64,000 nt of DNA from an uncultured Christensenellaceae bacterium. Lineage in GTDB: Bacteria > Bacillota > Clostridia > Christensenellales > CAG-314. The stretch spans positions 3,346 to 67,345 of the forward strand of contig CAJUNH010000002.1 in NCBI GenBank assembly GCA_910587795.1, read 5' to 3'. Positions 27,573 through 38,336 of the stretch are shown piece by piece. A program made the position numbers and the translations under genes. How positions within the stretch are numbered: the stretch's first letter is position 1; every line of letters begins with the position of its first letter. Under the pieces are notes generated by a model. The model did no database searches. It was not told where the DNA came from and worked only from the letters and a program-made list of their open reading frames with translations.

Positions 27573-30182
27573 TTAATACAGCCTGATATCAAACAGATTT
27601 TCGTAGATGTTTGATTTTTCCACGTCGATAGTCAAGCATAATTCCTCGCCCACTTGGGGGATTTCGTCCACTTTTACGTAGACTGTATCGTTATTGAGAG
27701 AACATCTTACGAATTTATCCTTACCGTAATCGATAACTTCCTCAATCTTAACTTTAATGCCCTGCTCGCCTATCGTGTATGCGTCGTGAGGAACTTCAAA
27801 GCGGTAATGACTGAGGAACAGCTGCGCGCCTAAGCCCTTAACTATCTTTTTATTGATATCCAAAGAGGTTATGCAAGCCTGACCGTTTATGTAAGACACA
27901 AACACCTTCGATTGGAAAATAATGTCGTCAACCTCGGCATTTTGCATCGTTCTAATTTCCGCAAGTTTATCGGCTTTAACGCGCCGAGCGTCTTTAAACT
28001 CGATAACGGCATTATCTTTGTCCGTGCCCGTCATTGTTTCGATATCGGCTTTAATTTTTGCGATATCTTCGTTAAACTCACGTCTTTTTTCAATAAGGAG
28101 ATTGTTGTACTTAGCCTTAGCATCGGCAACGTCTTTGTTTGCTTTAAGCGCCTTTTCCTGCTCGATAGGCAACAGTTTTGCTTCGACGGTTTTAACGTTA
28201 TCCTCTGTTTCTTTTATGATTTTTGCATAACGCTGTTCGATTGCGTCGCTTTTAACTTTGTACTCGGCGCGCAATTCCTGCTCGCGCTGCTTACGCACGC
28301 TCTTTTCCCCTTCGGGCAAAGCCGCATACGCAGCTTTCTTATCGTTATAATCCGCAACCTTCGCGTCGTACTCCGCCTTTGCTTTATCCAACGCTTCCTT
28401 TGCTTCGCGCTCTACGTTTTTCTTACCTTCCTTACCTAAACTTTCCGTACCTAAGCGGTAAGATTTGTTGCCCAAAATTTCCTTTTTCTGCTCGGCGTAC
28501 TCGTTTTTGATTTCCGTAAACAGCGATTCTTGCAATATAAACTGCGACAGCTCGGCATTAAGTTCCTTATTAAGCGCAGCAAGTTCCTTTTTCTTTTGTT
28601 CGTTATAATACTTAACCAAATACGACACCGATCTCTTGGCGTTTGCTCTGTCAAAATACGATCCGTAAAATACGTCGCGTTTCGGCAAAGGAACAACGTC
28701 CGTTTGCTCGCCGTTTATGCTGACGCTTTTAAAATCGATACCCAACGATACTTGATCGCCCGCCTTGTGTTCTTTTCCGCCCAACATAAAGAAAGTACGG
28801 TTTTGCAATTTAAGGTGCGTAATCAAAGTTTTATTGATAACTTCCTGCTCTGCAACTTCCGCTTTAATGTCGTTTCCGCCCTCAAACAATGCAGACGTAG
28901 GAATAATCATCGTCGCGTCCGCTTTGTCTGCCGTCAGTTGATTTACGATTGCCTGCGGCAAAGTAATTTTATTGCCTAACAGCGTAAGCGATTGTTTATC
29001 AACCGTCACGTCAAAGACGTTTTCTTCGGGAATACGCGGACAAATAGTTTTTTCCGTAACGCTATCGAAGAAATGCGCTTTGTCAATTTCAAACGCAACG
29101 TCAATAACGTCGCCGATTTTTGTGGTGTGCGTTCCGCCGTACTGCTTGATAATTATACGGGTGTTACTGTCGCCCAAGCCCTCTACGTTCATATTTAAGT
29201 CGCCGTAAATAAGCGTTTCGTTGCCGAGTTCCTCAAAGTGAGAAATTTTAACTTTAAGTACGTTTTTGGAGCCTTTTACGATTTCCGGATCCACCGAAAG
29301 ATTTTCGCAGCGCAATCCTACGATAACTTTTTTATCGCCCTTTAAATATTCGGGACGTACCTTTAACATATTTTGGAAAGGTATTTTAAGAGTATCGTCT
29401 ACGCCCTCGAAATTAATTTTTACCGTATCGCCCTCGCGCTTTAACGTAGCCCCGAAAAAGTTCATTTGCGGAGTGCCGATAAAGCCCGCTACAAACTTGT
29501 TTTCCGGATGATTATACAGGTTTTGGGGTGTATCGATTTGCTGTACGTAACCCATACTCATAACAACTATACGGGTACCCATAGTCATAGCCTCTACTTG
29601 GTCGTGAGTTACGTAAATAAATGTGGTTTTAATTTCGTTATGTAATTTGGCGATTTCCGCGCGCATTTCGGTACGCAGTTTTGCGTCCAGGTTGCTTAGC
29701 GGTTCGTCCAGCAAAAATACTTTGGGCGTGCGCAGTATCGCTCTGCCTAAAGAAACGCGTTGACGCTGTCCGCCAGAAAGAGCCTTGGGTTTACGTTCGA
29801 GATACTCTTCAAGTTTAAGTATCTTAGCCGCCCATAAAACCCTTCTGTGTATTTCCGCATGCGGCACGTGACGAAGTTTTAAGCCGAAAGCCAAGTTTTC
29901 GTAAACCGTCATATGGGGGTATAATGCGTAGTTTTGGAAAACCATCGCTATATCGCGGTCCTTAGGTTCAACTCGGTTGACAAAGGAGTCGCCTATGTAT
30001 AACTCGCCTGCGGTTATTTCTTCCAAACCGGCTATCATTCTCAGCGTGGTGGATTTTCCGCATCCCGACGGTCCTACGAATACTATAAATTCCTGGTCTT
30101 CGATTTCCATATTAAAATCGTTAACCGCTTTTACACCGTTAGGATATACTTTATAAATATGTCTTAAACTTAAATTTGACAT
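27573..30182 (-). CDS. MalK/MsmK-type sugar ABC ATPase with a C-terminal extension of about 500 aa
   Basis: Walker [10 protein letters not shown], signature LSGGQRQR, Walker [12 protein letters not shown] and H-loop VTHDQ. The first regulatory domain ends with AHFFD at about aa 378. Two more TOBE-like segments and a K/E-rich helical block follow. Start chosen at MSNLSL, with GGAGG upstream. Confidence 0.85.
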   Translation of the reverse strand: MSNLSLRHIYKVYPNGVKAVNDFNMEIEDQEFIVFVGPSGCGKSTTLRMIAGLEEITAGELYIGDSFVNRVEPKDRDIAMVFQNYALYPHMTVYENLAFGLKLRHVPHAEIHRRVLWAAKILKLEEYLERKPKALSGGQRQRVSLGRAILRTPKVFLLDEPLSNLDAKLRTEMRAEIAKLHNEIKTTFIYVTHDQVEAMTMGTRIVVMSMGYVQQIDTPQNLYNHPENKFVAGFIGTPQMNFFGATLKREGDTVKINFEGVDDTLKIPFQNMLKVRPEYLKGDKKVIVGLRCENLSVDPEIVKGSKNVLKVKISHFEELGNETLIYGDLNMNVEGLGDSNTRIIIKQYGGTHTTKIGDVIDVAFEIDKAHFFDSVTEKTICPRIPEENVFDVTVDKQSLTLLGNKITLPQAIVNQLTADKADATMIIPTSALFEGGNDIKAEVAEQEVINKTLITHLKLQNRTFFMLGGKEHKAGDQVSLGIDFKSVSINGEQTDVVPLPKRDVFYGSYFDRANAKRSVSYLVKYYNEQKKKELAALNKELNAELSQFILQESLFTEIKNEYAEQKKEILGNKSYRLGTESLGKEGKKNVEREAKEALDKAKAEYDAKVADYNDKKAAYAALPEGEKSVRKQREQELRAEYKVKSDAIEQRYAKIIKETEDNVKTVEAKLLPIEQEKALKANKDVADAKAKYNNLLIEKRREFNEDIAKIKADIETMTGTDKDNAVIEFKDARRVKADKLAEIRTMQNAEVDDIIFQSKVFVSYINGQACITSLDINKKIVKGLGAQLFLSHYRFEVPHDAYTIGEQGIKVKIEEVIDYGKDKFVRCSLNNDTVYVKVDEIPQVGEELCLTIDVEKSNIYENLFDIRLY

Positions 30183-30196
30183 GTATTGTTCCTCCA

Positions 30197-31810
30197 TTAA
30201 CCTTGTTGTAAAATTGCAAAAGACTGTTTCGGCATAATAAGCTTACTGCCTTTAAGCGAGGGCGTTTTATCTACCGACAGCGTGCCAGCAAGTTTAAATT
30301 TTCCCCCGAGCGCCGATAAGTCGTACTCCAAAGTGTAATTGTGAGACACGTTCATTACAACATACACTGCGTCTGCGCCCGTACCTTTTTTTACTATCGC
30401 AAGCAAGCCGTCTTCGCTTAAATAAACGCTTTCGCCGTAATTGCGGGCAATCTGCGGGAAAGAACGCCTTAAAGCGTTTGCACGCGTTATGTAATTGATG
30501 ATAGACGATTTGTCTTTAAGATTTTCCGCAACCGTTCCCAGCGGATATTTTACCGAAAAGCTTGCGCTTGACGAAGCGGGAGCGGGTTTACACGTATAGT
30601 TATCTCCCCACGGGAGAGGCTGACGTCTGTTTTCGTCGATAATCTTATCTCCGGAATTAGCATATACGTTCATTCCTATTTCGTCGCCGTAATACCAAAA
30701 CGTAGTTCCGTAACACATCGTCATAAGACCGTAACCCATTTTGACGTTGTTTACGTCGCTTCCGCCTTGCAGTATGCCCCAAGCTCTTGCCGTATCGTGG
30801 TTGGCAATAAACATCGCGGGTATACCGCCTGCAACGTTTTCCTTATTTGTCTTGTCGATGTTTTCCAAATAAAACGCTTTTTCCAAACGGACTGCATAAG
30901 ACAGCGTACCGTTGCCCGTAAATCCGTGTTGGAATGCAAAAAAGCTGTCTACGCCGGACTCGTGATAAGTTTTATTTTCTTCCACGTTGCCCCAGGCACC
31001 TTCGCCGACAATGTAACAATCGGGCTTAATAGATTTTGCGGTGTCGTTAATCCAAGTTAAAATTGCCTTGTTGTTTTGGTTATTGCCGGTAAAGTAACTT
31101 GTAACAGCGTCCAACCTAAAACCGTCTACGTTGCGGTCAATCAGCCAAAACCGCATTATTTCTTTTAATTCTGCGGCAAGATATCCGTTCGGTTCGTCCA
31201 ATACGTTTTGCAAATTAAGGTCGGGCATTCCGCCGCCGAACTGACATTCGTAAATCCAGTCGCCGCTGTATACTTCCCAACCGGCGGGGATAACGGCGCT
31301 GCCGTCGCGCTTTTTAAGATTATAGTAGTTGTAATATTGATCGTCTTTTTTGTTACGTACGCGCGCGCCGTAACATTTTTCCAGCCACGGGTTTGCCTTT
31401 GCCGTGTGATTAATTACAAGGTCCAGCAAAACGGTCATTCCGCGTTTGTGACATTCGCTTACAAGGTTATCGTAATCTTCTATCGTACCGAAAGATTTAT
31501 CTACCGATTTGTAATCCAATACGTCGTACTTGTGATAAGTGGGCGAACTGTGTATGGGAGTAAGCCAAACGCCCTCGAAATTCATATCCGCAATATAATC
31601 CAGTTTTGCGGTTATACCGTTAAAGTCGCCTATGCCGTCGCCGTTGGAATCGGCAAAGGAATAGGGAAATATCTGGTAATAAGTGCGCATTTTATCGGTC
31701 GTTTCGCCGAAGTCCGTCATTACCTTTTCGCCGCAGGAACACAGCGCAGTAAGGCTTAACGCTAATATCAGCGCGACAACCGCTATTTTAACAAATTTGT
31801 TTTTTGTCAT
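30197..31810 (-). CDS. GH13 alpha-amylase family enzyme, lipoprotein-anchored
   Basis: Lipobox ALCSCG. GH13 regions [24 protein letters not shown] and IANHDT. Confidence 0.85.
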   Translation of the reverse strand: MTKNKFVKIAVVALILALSLTALCSCGEKVMTDFGETTDKMRTYYQIFPYSFADSNGDGIGDFNGITAKLDYIADMNFEGVWLTPIHSSPTYHKYDVLDYKSVDKSFGTIEDYDNLVSECHKRGMTVLLDLVINHTAKANPWLEKCYGARVRNKKDDQYYNYYNLKKRDGSAVIPAGWEVYSGDWIYECQFGGGMPDLNLQNVLDEPNGYLAAELKEIMRFWLIDRNVDGFRLDAVTSYFTGNNQNNKAILTWINDTAKSIKPDCYIVGEGAWGNVEENKTYHESGVDSFFAFQHGFTGNGTLSYAVRLEKAFYLENIDKTNKENVAGGIPAMFIANHDTARAWGILQGGSDVNNVKMGYGLMTMCYGTTFWYYGDEIGMNVYANSGDKIIDENRRQPLPWGDNYTCKPAPASSSASFSVKYPLGTVAENLKDKSSIINYITRANALRRSFPQIARNYGESVYLSEDGLLAIVKKGTGADAVYVVMNVSHNYTLEYDLSALGGKFKLAGTLSVDKTPSLKGSKLIMPKQSFAILQQG

Positions 31811-31814
31811 AATG

Positions 31815-32693
31815 TTAACCCTTTACGGAACCTCCCGTAACGCCTTCTACGTAAAACCGCTGCATCACAAAGAACATAATAATCGGCAGAATCGACACTA
31901 CGACGCCGCCCGCGCAAAATCGGGTAAAATTGTCGGACATCTTTACGTCGCTGTCTATCATCTGGAATAAACCGATAGCAACAGTCTTAAATTCCGAACC
32001 GCCGCGTCCTACGATGTAGTTTGCCATCATATAGTCGCCCCACGGCGCAACAAACGCGCCCAAAAGTGTTTGGATAATAATGGGTTTAGACAACGGCAAA
32101 ATAATAGAGAAAAATATTTTACTGCGCGACGCGCCGTCTATCATTGCCGCTTCGTCCAGCGACTTGGATATAGTGTCGAAAAATCCCTTAGATACGTAGT
32201 AGCCCATCATAGATCCGGATACGTACACCAGCATAAGCCCTACAATGGACAGGTTTGTACCGATAAGCCCCATTGCGTTAAGTATGTAGTAAATGCAAAT
32301 CATTCCCAAAAATCCGGGGAACATTCCCAAAATCAGCATAAACTTCATTAAAGGCTGTCTGCCGCTAAAACGCATACGGGATAACGCATAAGCCGTAAGC
32401 AGCGTTATTAAAGTATTGATAACGGACACAACTATTGCAATCAACAGTGTATTTACATACCAGTTTATAAACTGCGATTTCGGGTCGGTAAACAGCCATT
32501 CGTAATTTTTAAACGACCATTCCTTGGGAAACAGATACGAAACGATTGCGGTGCTTTCGCCCCTTAAAGAGGTAACTATGAGATAGAAAAACGGAAACAC
32601 CCATACTATGCTTATTACCGTAAGCAGTACGTATATAAACGAGTCTATAACTATGTTTTTAGGACTCTTTTTTGCTGTCTTAAAATATCTCAT
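31815..32693 (-). CDS. Sugar ABC transporter permease (MalG-like)
   Basis: 292 aa with six TM segments. EAA-loop context SLDEAAMIDGASRSKIFFSIILPLSKP. Confidence 0.85.
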   Translation of the reverse strand: MRYFKTAKKSPKNIVIDSFIYVLLTVISIVWVFPFFYLIVTSLRGESTAIVSYLFPKEWSFKNYEWLFTDPKSQFINWYVNTLLIAIVVSVINTLITLLTAYALSRMRFSGRQPLMKFMLILGMFPGFLGMICIYYILNAMGLIGTNLSIVGLMLVYVSGSMMGYYVSKGFFDTISKSLDEAAMIDGASRSKIFFSIILPLSKPIIIQTLLGAFVAPWGDYMMANYIVGRGGSEFKTVAIGLFQMIDSDVKMSDNFTRFCAGGVVVSILPIIMFFVMQRFYVEGVTGGSVKG

Positions 32694-34213
32694 TGGAAAT
32701 CCTCCTCGTTTTTAACCGATCCTATCCTCGAATAAACAAACAGCGAGAAGAACGCTACTACAATAAATATCAAAATACCTAATACGGACGCCATATCGTA
32801 TTGCGAACTGTTTACCGTAAGCTTATACAGCCATGTTATCAGCAAGTCTACGTCGCCCGCCGACATTGCAAGTTTGGGATCCATCGTACCCGACTGTCCG
32901 CCCGTAAGCAGGAATATGATATTAAAGTTGTTGATATTGCCTACAAACGTGGTAATAAGGGACGGCCCCAAAACAAACATCATATAAGGCAATGTGATTT
33001 TGCCGAACATCCTGACGGGATTTGCGCCGTCGATTTTTGCCGCCTCGTACAAGTCGTTGGGGATGTTCATCAAAATACCGGTACAGGTCAGCACGGTATA
33101 AGGCACGCCTATCCAAATATTTACCAAAATAATAACAATCTTTGCCAACTGAGTGGAATCGTTCAGCCATTTGACAGGCGCTACGCCTAGGTAGCCCATC
33201 AAAGTATTGATAATACCCTCGTTGCGGAACATTTTGGAAACCAACAACAGCGAAATAAACTGCGGAACGGCAATAACCGTCACTAAGCAAGTACGCCAAA
33301 ACTTTTTAAGTTTAATGCTTCTTTTGTTGATAATAAGCGCCAAAATCATACCCAAAAACAAATTGCTTAACGTTGCGATAATAGCCCATTCCAAAGTCCA
33401 ACCGAGTAAGTGCCAGAACGTGTAACTCCATTTGCCTGCGTCCTGCGCGGTACCGCCCAAAGCCTGCCCCGTTAAAATAGACGCAAAGTTATCGAATCCT
33501 ACCCAGGTAAACAAGTTTGCCGGCGGCAGCGTGTTACGGTTGTAGTTGGTAAAAGCTACCAGTATCATAAACAGCAGCGGTACAATGGTAAACACAGCCA
33601 ACGTCAGCGACGGTAACGCAAGTATCGTTAAATGGAATTTGTGGTTTAAAAACTGCTGCGCGTCGTCTTTCATAGTTGCGGCTCGTTCCGCAATGGAATA
33701 ACCCAACTGATTGCTGTACGCGTCTTTTATAGATTTAAGCATAACCACAGCCGTAAACAAAATAATTACGAGGGTAAGCATAGAATACAGCAATATTTCA
33801 AAAGAGTTATCGCCCTGCACTATTACAAAACCCATTTCGTCGCGTTCCTGCAATACAGTGCCCAGCGTACCGAACTTGGCAAGATAAGTCGAACCGAAAA
33901 ACACTATGTACAAAATAAAAATAATTTGATAAGCCAAATATACAATTCCCCTGGCTATTTGACGGTAGGCAAAACAGCCGAATCCCCAAACCAGCGCGGA
34001 CATACGCGTTTTCCAGTTGCCGTAATGAATTGCGTCGATTACGCCCATAAACCAAGCGCCGATTCTTTTCATCAGCTTCCAAATTGCTTTTGGAATATTG
34101 CAAATAAATTTGCCTATTGCACGCGGAATATCTAAAATGAACGAACAAATTTTATACCAAATTTTCCGCCCGCGCGACATTGCCAAATATTCCAGCGATG
34201 ATATTTGTCGCAT
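32690..34213 (-). CDS. Sugar ABC transporter permease (MalF-like)
   Basis: 507 aa with EAA loop YEAAKIDGANPVRMFGKITLPYM. It overlaps the next permease by 4 nt. GGGAGG lies upstream. Confidence 0.85.
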   Translation of the reverse strand: MRQISSLEYLAMSRGRKIWYKICSFILDIPRAIGKFICNIPKAIWKLMKRIGAWFMGVIDAIHYGNWKTRMSALVWGFGCFAYRQIARGIVYLAYQIIFILYIVFFGSTYLAKFGTLGTVLQERDEMGFVIVQGDNSFEILLYSMLTLVIILFTAVVMLKSIKDAYSNQLGYSIAERAATMKDDAQQFLNHKFHLTILALPSLTLAVFTIVPLLFMILVAFTNYNRNTLPPANLFTWVGFDNFASILTGQALGGTAQDAGKWSYTFWHLLGWTLEWAIIATLSNLFLGMILALIINKRSIKLKKFWRTCLVTVIAVPQFISLLLVSKMFRNEGIINTLMGYLGVAPVKWLNDSTQLAKIVIILVNIWIGVPYTVLTCTGILMNIPNDLYEAAKIDGANPVRMFGKITLPYMMFVLGPSLITTFVGNINNFNIIFLLTGGQSGTMDPKLAMSAGDVDLLITWLYKLTVNSSQYDMASVLGILIFIVVAFFSLFVYSRIGSVKNEEDFQ

Positions 34214-34300
34214 ATTTCCTCCCTAAAAAAACAGCTAAACGTCCCTGTCTAGAAACAGCTCTAAACAGGGCGTAAACGTTTAGCCTAAGTAATTTTTGTT

Positions 34301-35794
34301 TTATTGAGCCGCTTGTGAAATTTCCGTTTGCAAAGCAGCAAGGTAATCCATTATTTTGCCTCTCGATGCAAAATTTTCCAACTTGCCGGAGCTAAATTCT
34401 ATATACAGATTGTTGCCGAACTTTTGTATGGGAGTCCAGTAGTTAGCGGGAACAGAGTCCTGAATACGGTAACCGAGACCGTTGCCTATTACCTGTCCGC
34501 GCAAATCCGCCTTAGAATAATTGTCGGGATATTTGCAAACGCGGTCGTATTGAGCGTTTAATGCAATCAAAGCCGAGTCAGCCGCAATTTTGGGATCCTT
34601 CAATGCTTCCAAGTTAGAGGGACCTGCACCCGTAGCTTCGTATCTTGCCAAAGAAGCTTCCTTGTCGGAAAGATACTGAGCAAGTTTGTGGAGTAATTCC
34701 AGATTTTCGCGGGATTGCTTAGCAAATTCGTTCTGCGGGTTAACGCCGATGTGCTTGTAGCCTGCAAAGTTTTTCATAGCAAACAGTTCGCCATCGTTCG
34801 TTTCCAAAGTGGGCAGTACAGTTGCGCCGTAATCGTCCCCCCAAGCTTCTTGCAGCTTCTTGGCTTTCCAAGTTCCGCAAACAGCGGCTGCAAGCGGAGT
34901 GTTCTTACCTTGCGCGTTATCGGGGTTTGTGTAAATATCGATATTGTCGTTTAAGGGGTTTTTGTCACCGTCACTGTACAAATAGTGAGAGTTTACCGTA
35001 TTATCGGTATTAGAAACTGTAATAGTGTTTTTAAGGCACTCGTACGCGTCCATACCAACTGTGTAATCGCCTTTTTTATTATCGGTTACGCCTTCGGGTA
35101 ACGTAAAACCGAACCAGCAGTCTGCCGAGCTTTGCTTACCTGCCTCGTCGTACTTAACTTCGTAATCGCCGCCTACTGCAAAGAATACGCCGGAAACGTA
35201 CCAGCTGTCGCCCAATGCCCAGGTAACTTTACCTTTAGCCCAGTCGCCGCCCTTTTCGTCAAGAGCCGCATACAAATCACGGAAAGTATAGCCTTCCTTT
35301 AACGTGTCGTTCGTGCTATCCCATACAGCCGTTCCGCGGAAAGCAGACTTGTTGTAATACATATAGTATCCGTTATCCGCTTGGCAGGGATAAGCGTAAG
35401 ACTTGTCGCCGATAAACGTTGCGTCAAACGCAGCTTGCGAGTTATGTTCCTCAGACCAAGTAAGGTTATCGCCTATAACGGGAGATAACGAAGCAAGGTT
35501 TACCAGGTTAGCCATTTGGTCGTTAGAAAACGTGTAAACGGCTGCACCCGTGCTGGGGTCTACGTTCATTGCCGCATACGCGCCGACGTCGCCCGATCCT
35601 GCAAACTGTACTTTGTATCCCTCAAACTGTTCGGGATATTGATCCATAAATTTTTGTACCCATTCCAAATAAACGTCTTCGTGGTCGCCGGGACCCCAAA
35701 TCAGCAAGGTCTTAGTATTATCACAAGCGGCAAGAGTTACCACGCTTGCAACAACAAGCATAAGGACAAGTACAAAACATAATATTTTTTTCAT
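34301..35794 (-). CDS. Extracellular solute-binding lipoprotein (maltodextrin/sugar family)
   Basis: Lipobox TLAAC. 497 aa. It heads the permease genes, with AGGAGA upstream. Confidence 0.8.
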   Translation of the reverse strand: MKKILCFVLVLMLVVASVVTLAACDNTKTLLIWGPGDHEDVYLEWVQKFMDQYPEQFEGYKVQFAGSGDVGAYAAMNVDPSTGAAVYTFSNDQMANLVNLASLSPVIGDNLTWSEEHNSQAAFDATFIGDKSYAYPCQADNGYYMYYNKSAFRGTAVWDSTNDTLKEGYTFRDLYAALDEKGGDWAKGKVTWALGDSWYVSGVFFAVGGDYEVKYDEAGKQSSADCWFGFTLPEGVTDNKKGDYTVGMDAYECLKNTITVSNTDNTVNSHYLYSDGDKNPLNDNIDIYTNPDNAQGKNTPLAAAVCGTWKAKKLQEAWGDDYGATVLPTLETNDGELFAMKNFAGYKHIGVNPQNEFAKQSRENLELLHKLAQYLSDKEASLARYEATGAGPSNLEALKDPKIAADSALIALNAQYDRVCKYPDNYSKADLRGQVIGNGLGYRIQDSVPANYWTPIQKFGNNLYIEFSSGKLENFASRGKIMDYLAALQTEISQAAQ

Positions 35795-35844
35795 TATATT
35801 TCTCCTAATTTTTTGCTTATAATTTTATTATCTTTATTAATTAA

Positions 35845-35878
35845 CACTGTCATAGCGGACGTATCCGCTACGACAGTG
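35845..35878 (-). terminator. Intercistronic hairpin between the CBM lipoprotein and binding-protein genes
   Basis: CACTGTCATAGCGGA-cgt-ATCCGCTACGACAGTG (about 14 bp). Only a weak U tract follows, so it may be a partial terminator or a stabiliser. Confidence 0.4.
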
Positions 35879-35944
35879 AAAAATAATCTTTCGATTCTAT
35901 TCGTTTGCCCTATTTTACAGCAAAGAAATTTAATATATTTTTAA

Positions 35945-37753
35945 TTATGCCGCGGGCTTAACCGTGGGAGCAACCAAAGTTAAACCGGAGAACAACACAA
36001 CCGTAGCGCCGTCTTTTGCGGGAACAGTTACTTTCGCGTTTTGTCCGTCATATTCGGGGGCGTTACCTACAAGTTTATTTTCCCACAGATTCGTCGCGCC
36101 GGGTTTGCATACAAGAACTGCGAATTCGTGTTCTTTTGCAGTAACTACCAACGTAATAGTAAATTCCGTATTATCTTTATTTGCAGTCATCTTAGCAGGC
36201 GTCCAAGTATTTAAAGTTCCCGCTATATAAACTTCCCAGTCTGTGAGAGCTTCGCTGAACGTAACTTTAAACGTTACTTTAACGCTCGGGATAACCGTCA
36301 ACTCGGGAGCGGTCTGAGCTTCCTCAAACAATTGTACCGTGCTGTCTTTCATTCCGCCGTCAACAGTAAACTTATGGTTTCCGTTTTGATTAATCTTAAC
36401 GCCGTTATCGTAAACCTCTTGCGCGCTTGCCACTTTGTAGTCGGCATGAACGGCTATAATGTTAGCCTCGTATTGGCCGGGAAGAACGGAAAGGGTAATG
36501 CTTGCGCTCTTGCGGTCTTCCGCAATAGTCATCTTAGCCTTGCCTGCTTCAAAAGACGCATTCCAATCGTTTACGGTACCGAAAATATACATTTCCGCCG
36601 TTTCGGGCAATGCGGTTGTAAAATTAACAACCAACGTCTTTTGGGGAAGCTTAGCTTGATATTTGTACGTAAAGATATTGTTGGGAGTTTCGCCTTCTTT
36701 GCCTTCTACAAGTTCTACCTGAGCAAGGTTAAGACCTGTCTTAACTTCTTCGCGGTCAGCGTTTGTTTCGCTGATGGTACCAGCCATATCGATATAAGAT
36801 CCGTCGTCGGATTTCATAATAGACATCTTGATATTGCCGCCGTCTTCCGCGCCGATTTCGATATAAGCGCGCATTACGCTTTCTTCATCGCCGACGCCTT
36901 CGGGGAATTCGGGGTCGGCAATGTTCCAATCCCAAATGCCGAGTTCCTTTGCGTCATCGCCTTCGCCTTCCGTTGTAACGGCAAGAGATTTATCTTTAAC
37001 TACAAGGATTTTGTAATCGTAATCCGTGCAGAGGATATCTTCCAGCGTCAACGTATAAACGGTTCTGTCTTCGTTAGCCACAGCCTTACCTTTTGCAGCG
37101 TCCCAACCTGCAAAACCGCCCATAAAGTAAACTTCTGCGGTTTCGGGAAGAGCTTCGCTGAACGTTACTCTCAATTCAACTTTGTCTGCGGTTTCGGGCG
37201 CGCCTATTGCCGCAGAGAATTTATGAGTGCCGAGGTCGATTTTTGTTGCGCCTTCGGTATATGTAAACGTAGCGTTTGTGCCGTATTCGAACGTTGCGCA
37301 TAAATCCGACTTTTTGTTCCAGTCGATACCGCATTTATCAGCGGGCAAACCGCTCTTGCTGTTGTAACCGAGAGTAAGAGAATATTCCGTAGCTTGCTCT
37401 TTAGTTGCGTCGTAAGCGATTTGAATGTAGTAAAGCTTTGTGCCTTCTACGTTTTTAAATTCGGGAACTTCTTCGCCGTGTTCAGCCCAACCGGTTAAAC
37501 CGCCCGCATAAAATACGCTGGCATATTCCGGCAATGCAACGGAGTCGTCAGCCATTGTAAAGTAAATAGTAACTTTACCGTCCGCAACGGGAACGTCCGC
37601 GTCTCCTCCGGGTTTATAGTTGGGGTCTTTATCTCCGCACTTTGTGCATTCGCCGTTTACGAAATCGTGATCGCAGTTATTACATGCGATTAACGCAAAC
37701 GCGCTGAAACAAAGAACGAGAGCAAGTAATATTGCTAATAATCTTTTTTTCAT
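35945..37753 (-). CDS. Surface lipoprotein with four CBM20-like starch-binding repeats
   Basis: Start at MKKRLLAILLALVLCFSAFALIAC, with AGGAGG upstream. Four modules follow the pattern V.F.V..ALPETAEVYF.GG..GW......M......Y...L......Y.YK... Confidence 0.6.
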   Translation of the reverse strand: MKKRLLAILLALVLCFSAFALIACNNCDHDFVNGECTKCGDKDPNYKPGGDADVPVADGKVTIYFTMADDSVALPEYASVFYAGGLTGWAEHGEEVPEFKNVEGTKLYYIQIAYDATKEQATEYSLTLGYNSKSGLPADKCGIDWNKKSDLCATFEYGTNATFTYTEGATKIDLGTHKFSAAIGAPETADKVELRVTFSEALPETAEVYFMGGFAGWDAAKGKAVANEDRTVYTLTLEDILCTDYDYKILVVKDKSLAVTTEGEGDDAKELGIWDWNIADPEFPEGVGDEESVMRAYIEIGAEDGGNIKMSIMKSDDGSYIDMAGTISETNADREEVKTGLNLAQVELVEGKEGETPNNIFTYKYQAKLPQKTLVVNFTTALPETAEMYIFGTVNDWNASFEAGKAKMTIAEDRKSASITLSVLPGQYEANIIAVHADYKVASAQEVYDNGVKINQNGNHKFTVDGGMKDSTVQLFEEAQTAPELTVIPSVKVTFKVTFSEALTDWEVYIAGTLNTWTPAKMTANKDNTEFTITLVVTAKEHEFAVLVCKPGATNLWENKLVGNAPEYDGQNAKVTVPAKDGATVVLFSGLTLVAPTVKPAA

Positions 37754-38236
37754 TTTGTTTCCTCCTAAAATTTTGTCCACAGCTTTGCTGTGTAAACCTA
37801 AATTAATTTCCCCTTGCCGCAAAAGCAAATATCAACCGTATTGTGATTACTATTGTTTTTTGTTAAAAAATGCGGCGCTTTCGTCCACAAAGTTATCGTT
37901 TGTATTTTCCGGTAGGGGTATATGTTTTCGTTCTTTCTAAAACGAAAACTGCCCATGGGCAGTCCACGGTATTATTTTACTTATATTATTTTCTAGTTAT
38001 CCACACATTAACGGCATTTGCAAGCCCGTGCGCGGCAGCTATACTTAAACGCAACAAGGTATTTCGCCGATATTAATTGCAATATATTATTTAAATATAT
38101 TATATTGAAATTAAATACGCAAAATTAAATGCACGGCTAAGTCAATAGTTTCTTAATTATATACTAACAGACAAAATCGTGCAAGATTTTTATTAAATAA
38201 TGAAAAAATTAAGTTTAATTTTCTTTAATAAACATA

Positions 38237-38277
38237 TTAAAAACAAAAGTTTAGGTATAATTATACCTAAACTTTTG
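38237..38277 (-). terminator. Terminator after the nucleotidyltransferase gene
   Basis: CAAAAGTTTAGGTATA-at-TATACCTAAACTTTTG is a perfect 16-bp palindrome, followed by a U tract on the minus strand. Confidence 0.7.
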
Positions 38278-38336
38278 CTGAAAGCTACTGCTTAGTAAAA
38301 TCAGCAGTTAACGCCGTAACCTCTTTAAGAAATCGT

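Noticed and set aside
36332-37303. 323-aa antisense ORF inside the CBM lipoprotein gene. Similar long antisense ORFs occur at 56408-57538 (376 aa), 58356-59423 (355 aa), 45188-45676 and 27912-28439.
   Set aside because: All lie opposite strongly supported genes, lack RBSs and have Arg/Cys/Phe-rich nonsense-like composition. They are open only because the sense-strand codon usage avoids the complements of stop codons.
37754-37828. Longer N terminus of the CBM lipoprotein ORF (MLLRQGEINLGLHSK...)
   Set aside because: The internal ATG at 37753 is preceded by AGGAGG and starts a textbook lipoprotein signal peptide. The extension has neither feature.
37988-37996. Perfect DnaA box TTATCCACA in an AT-rich intergenic region (possible oriC)
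   Set aside because: It is a single copy, and about 0.5 perfect 9-mers are expected by chance in 64 kb on both strands. There are no clustered boxes and no dnaA/dnaN nearby.
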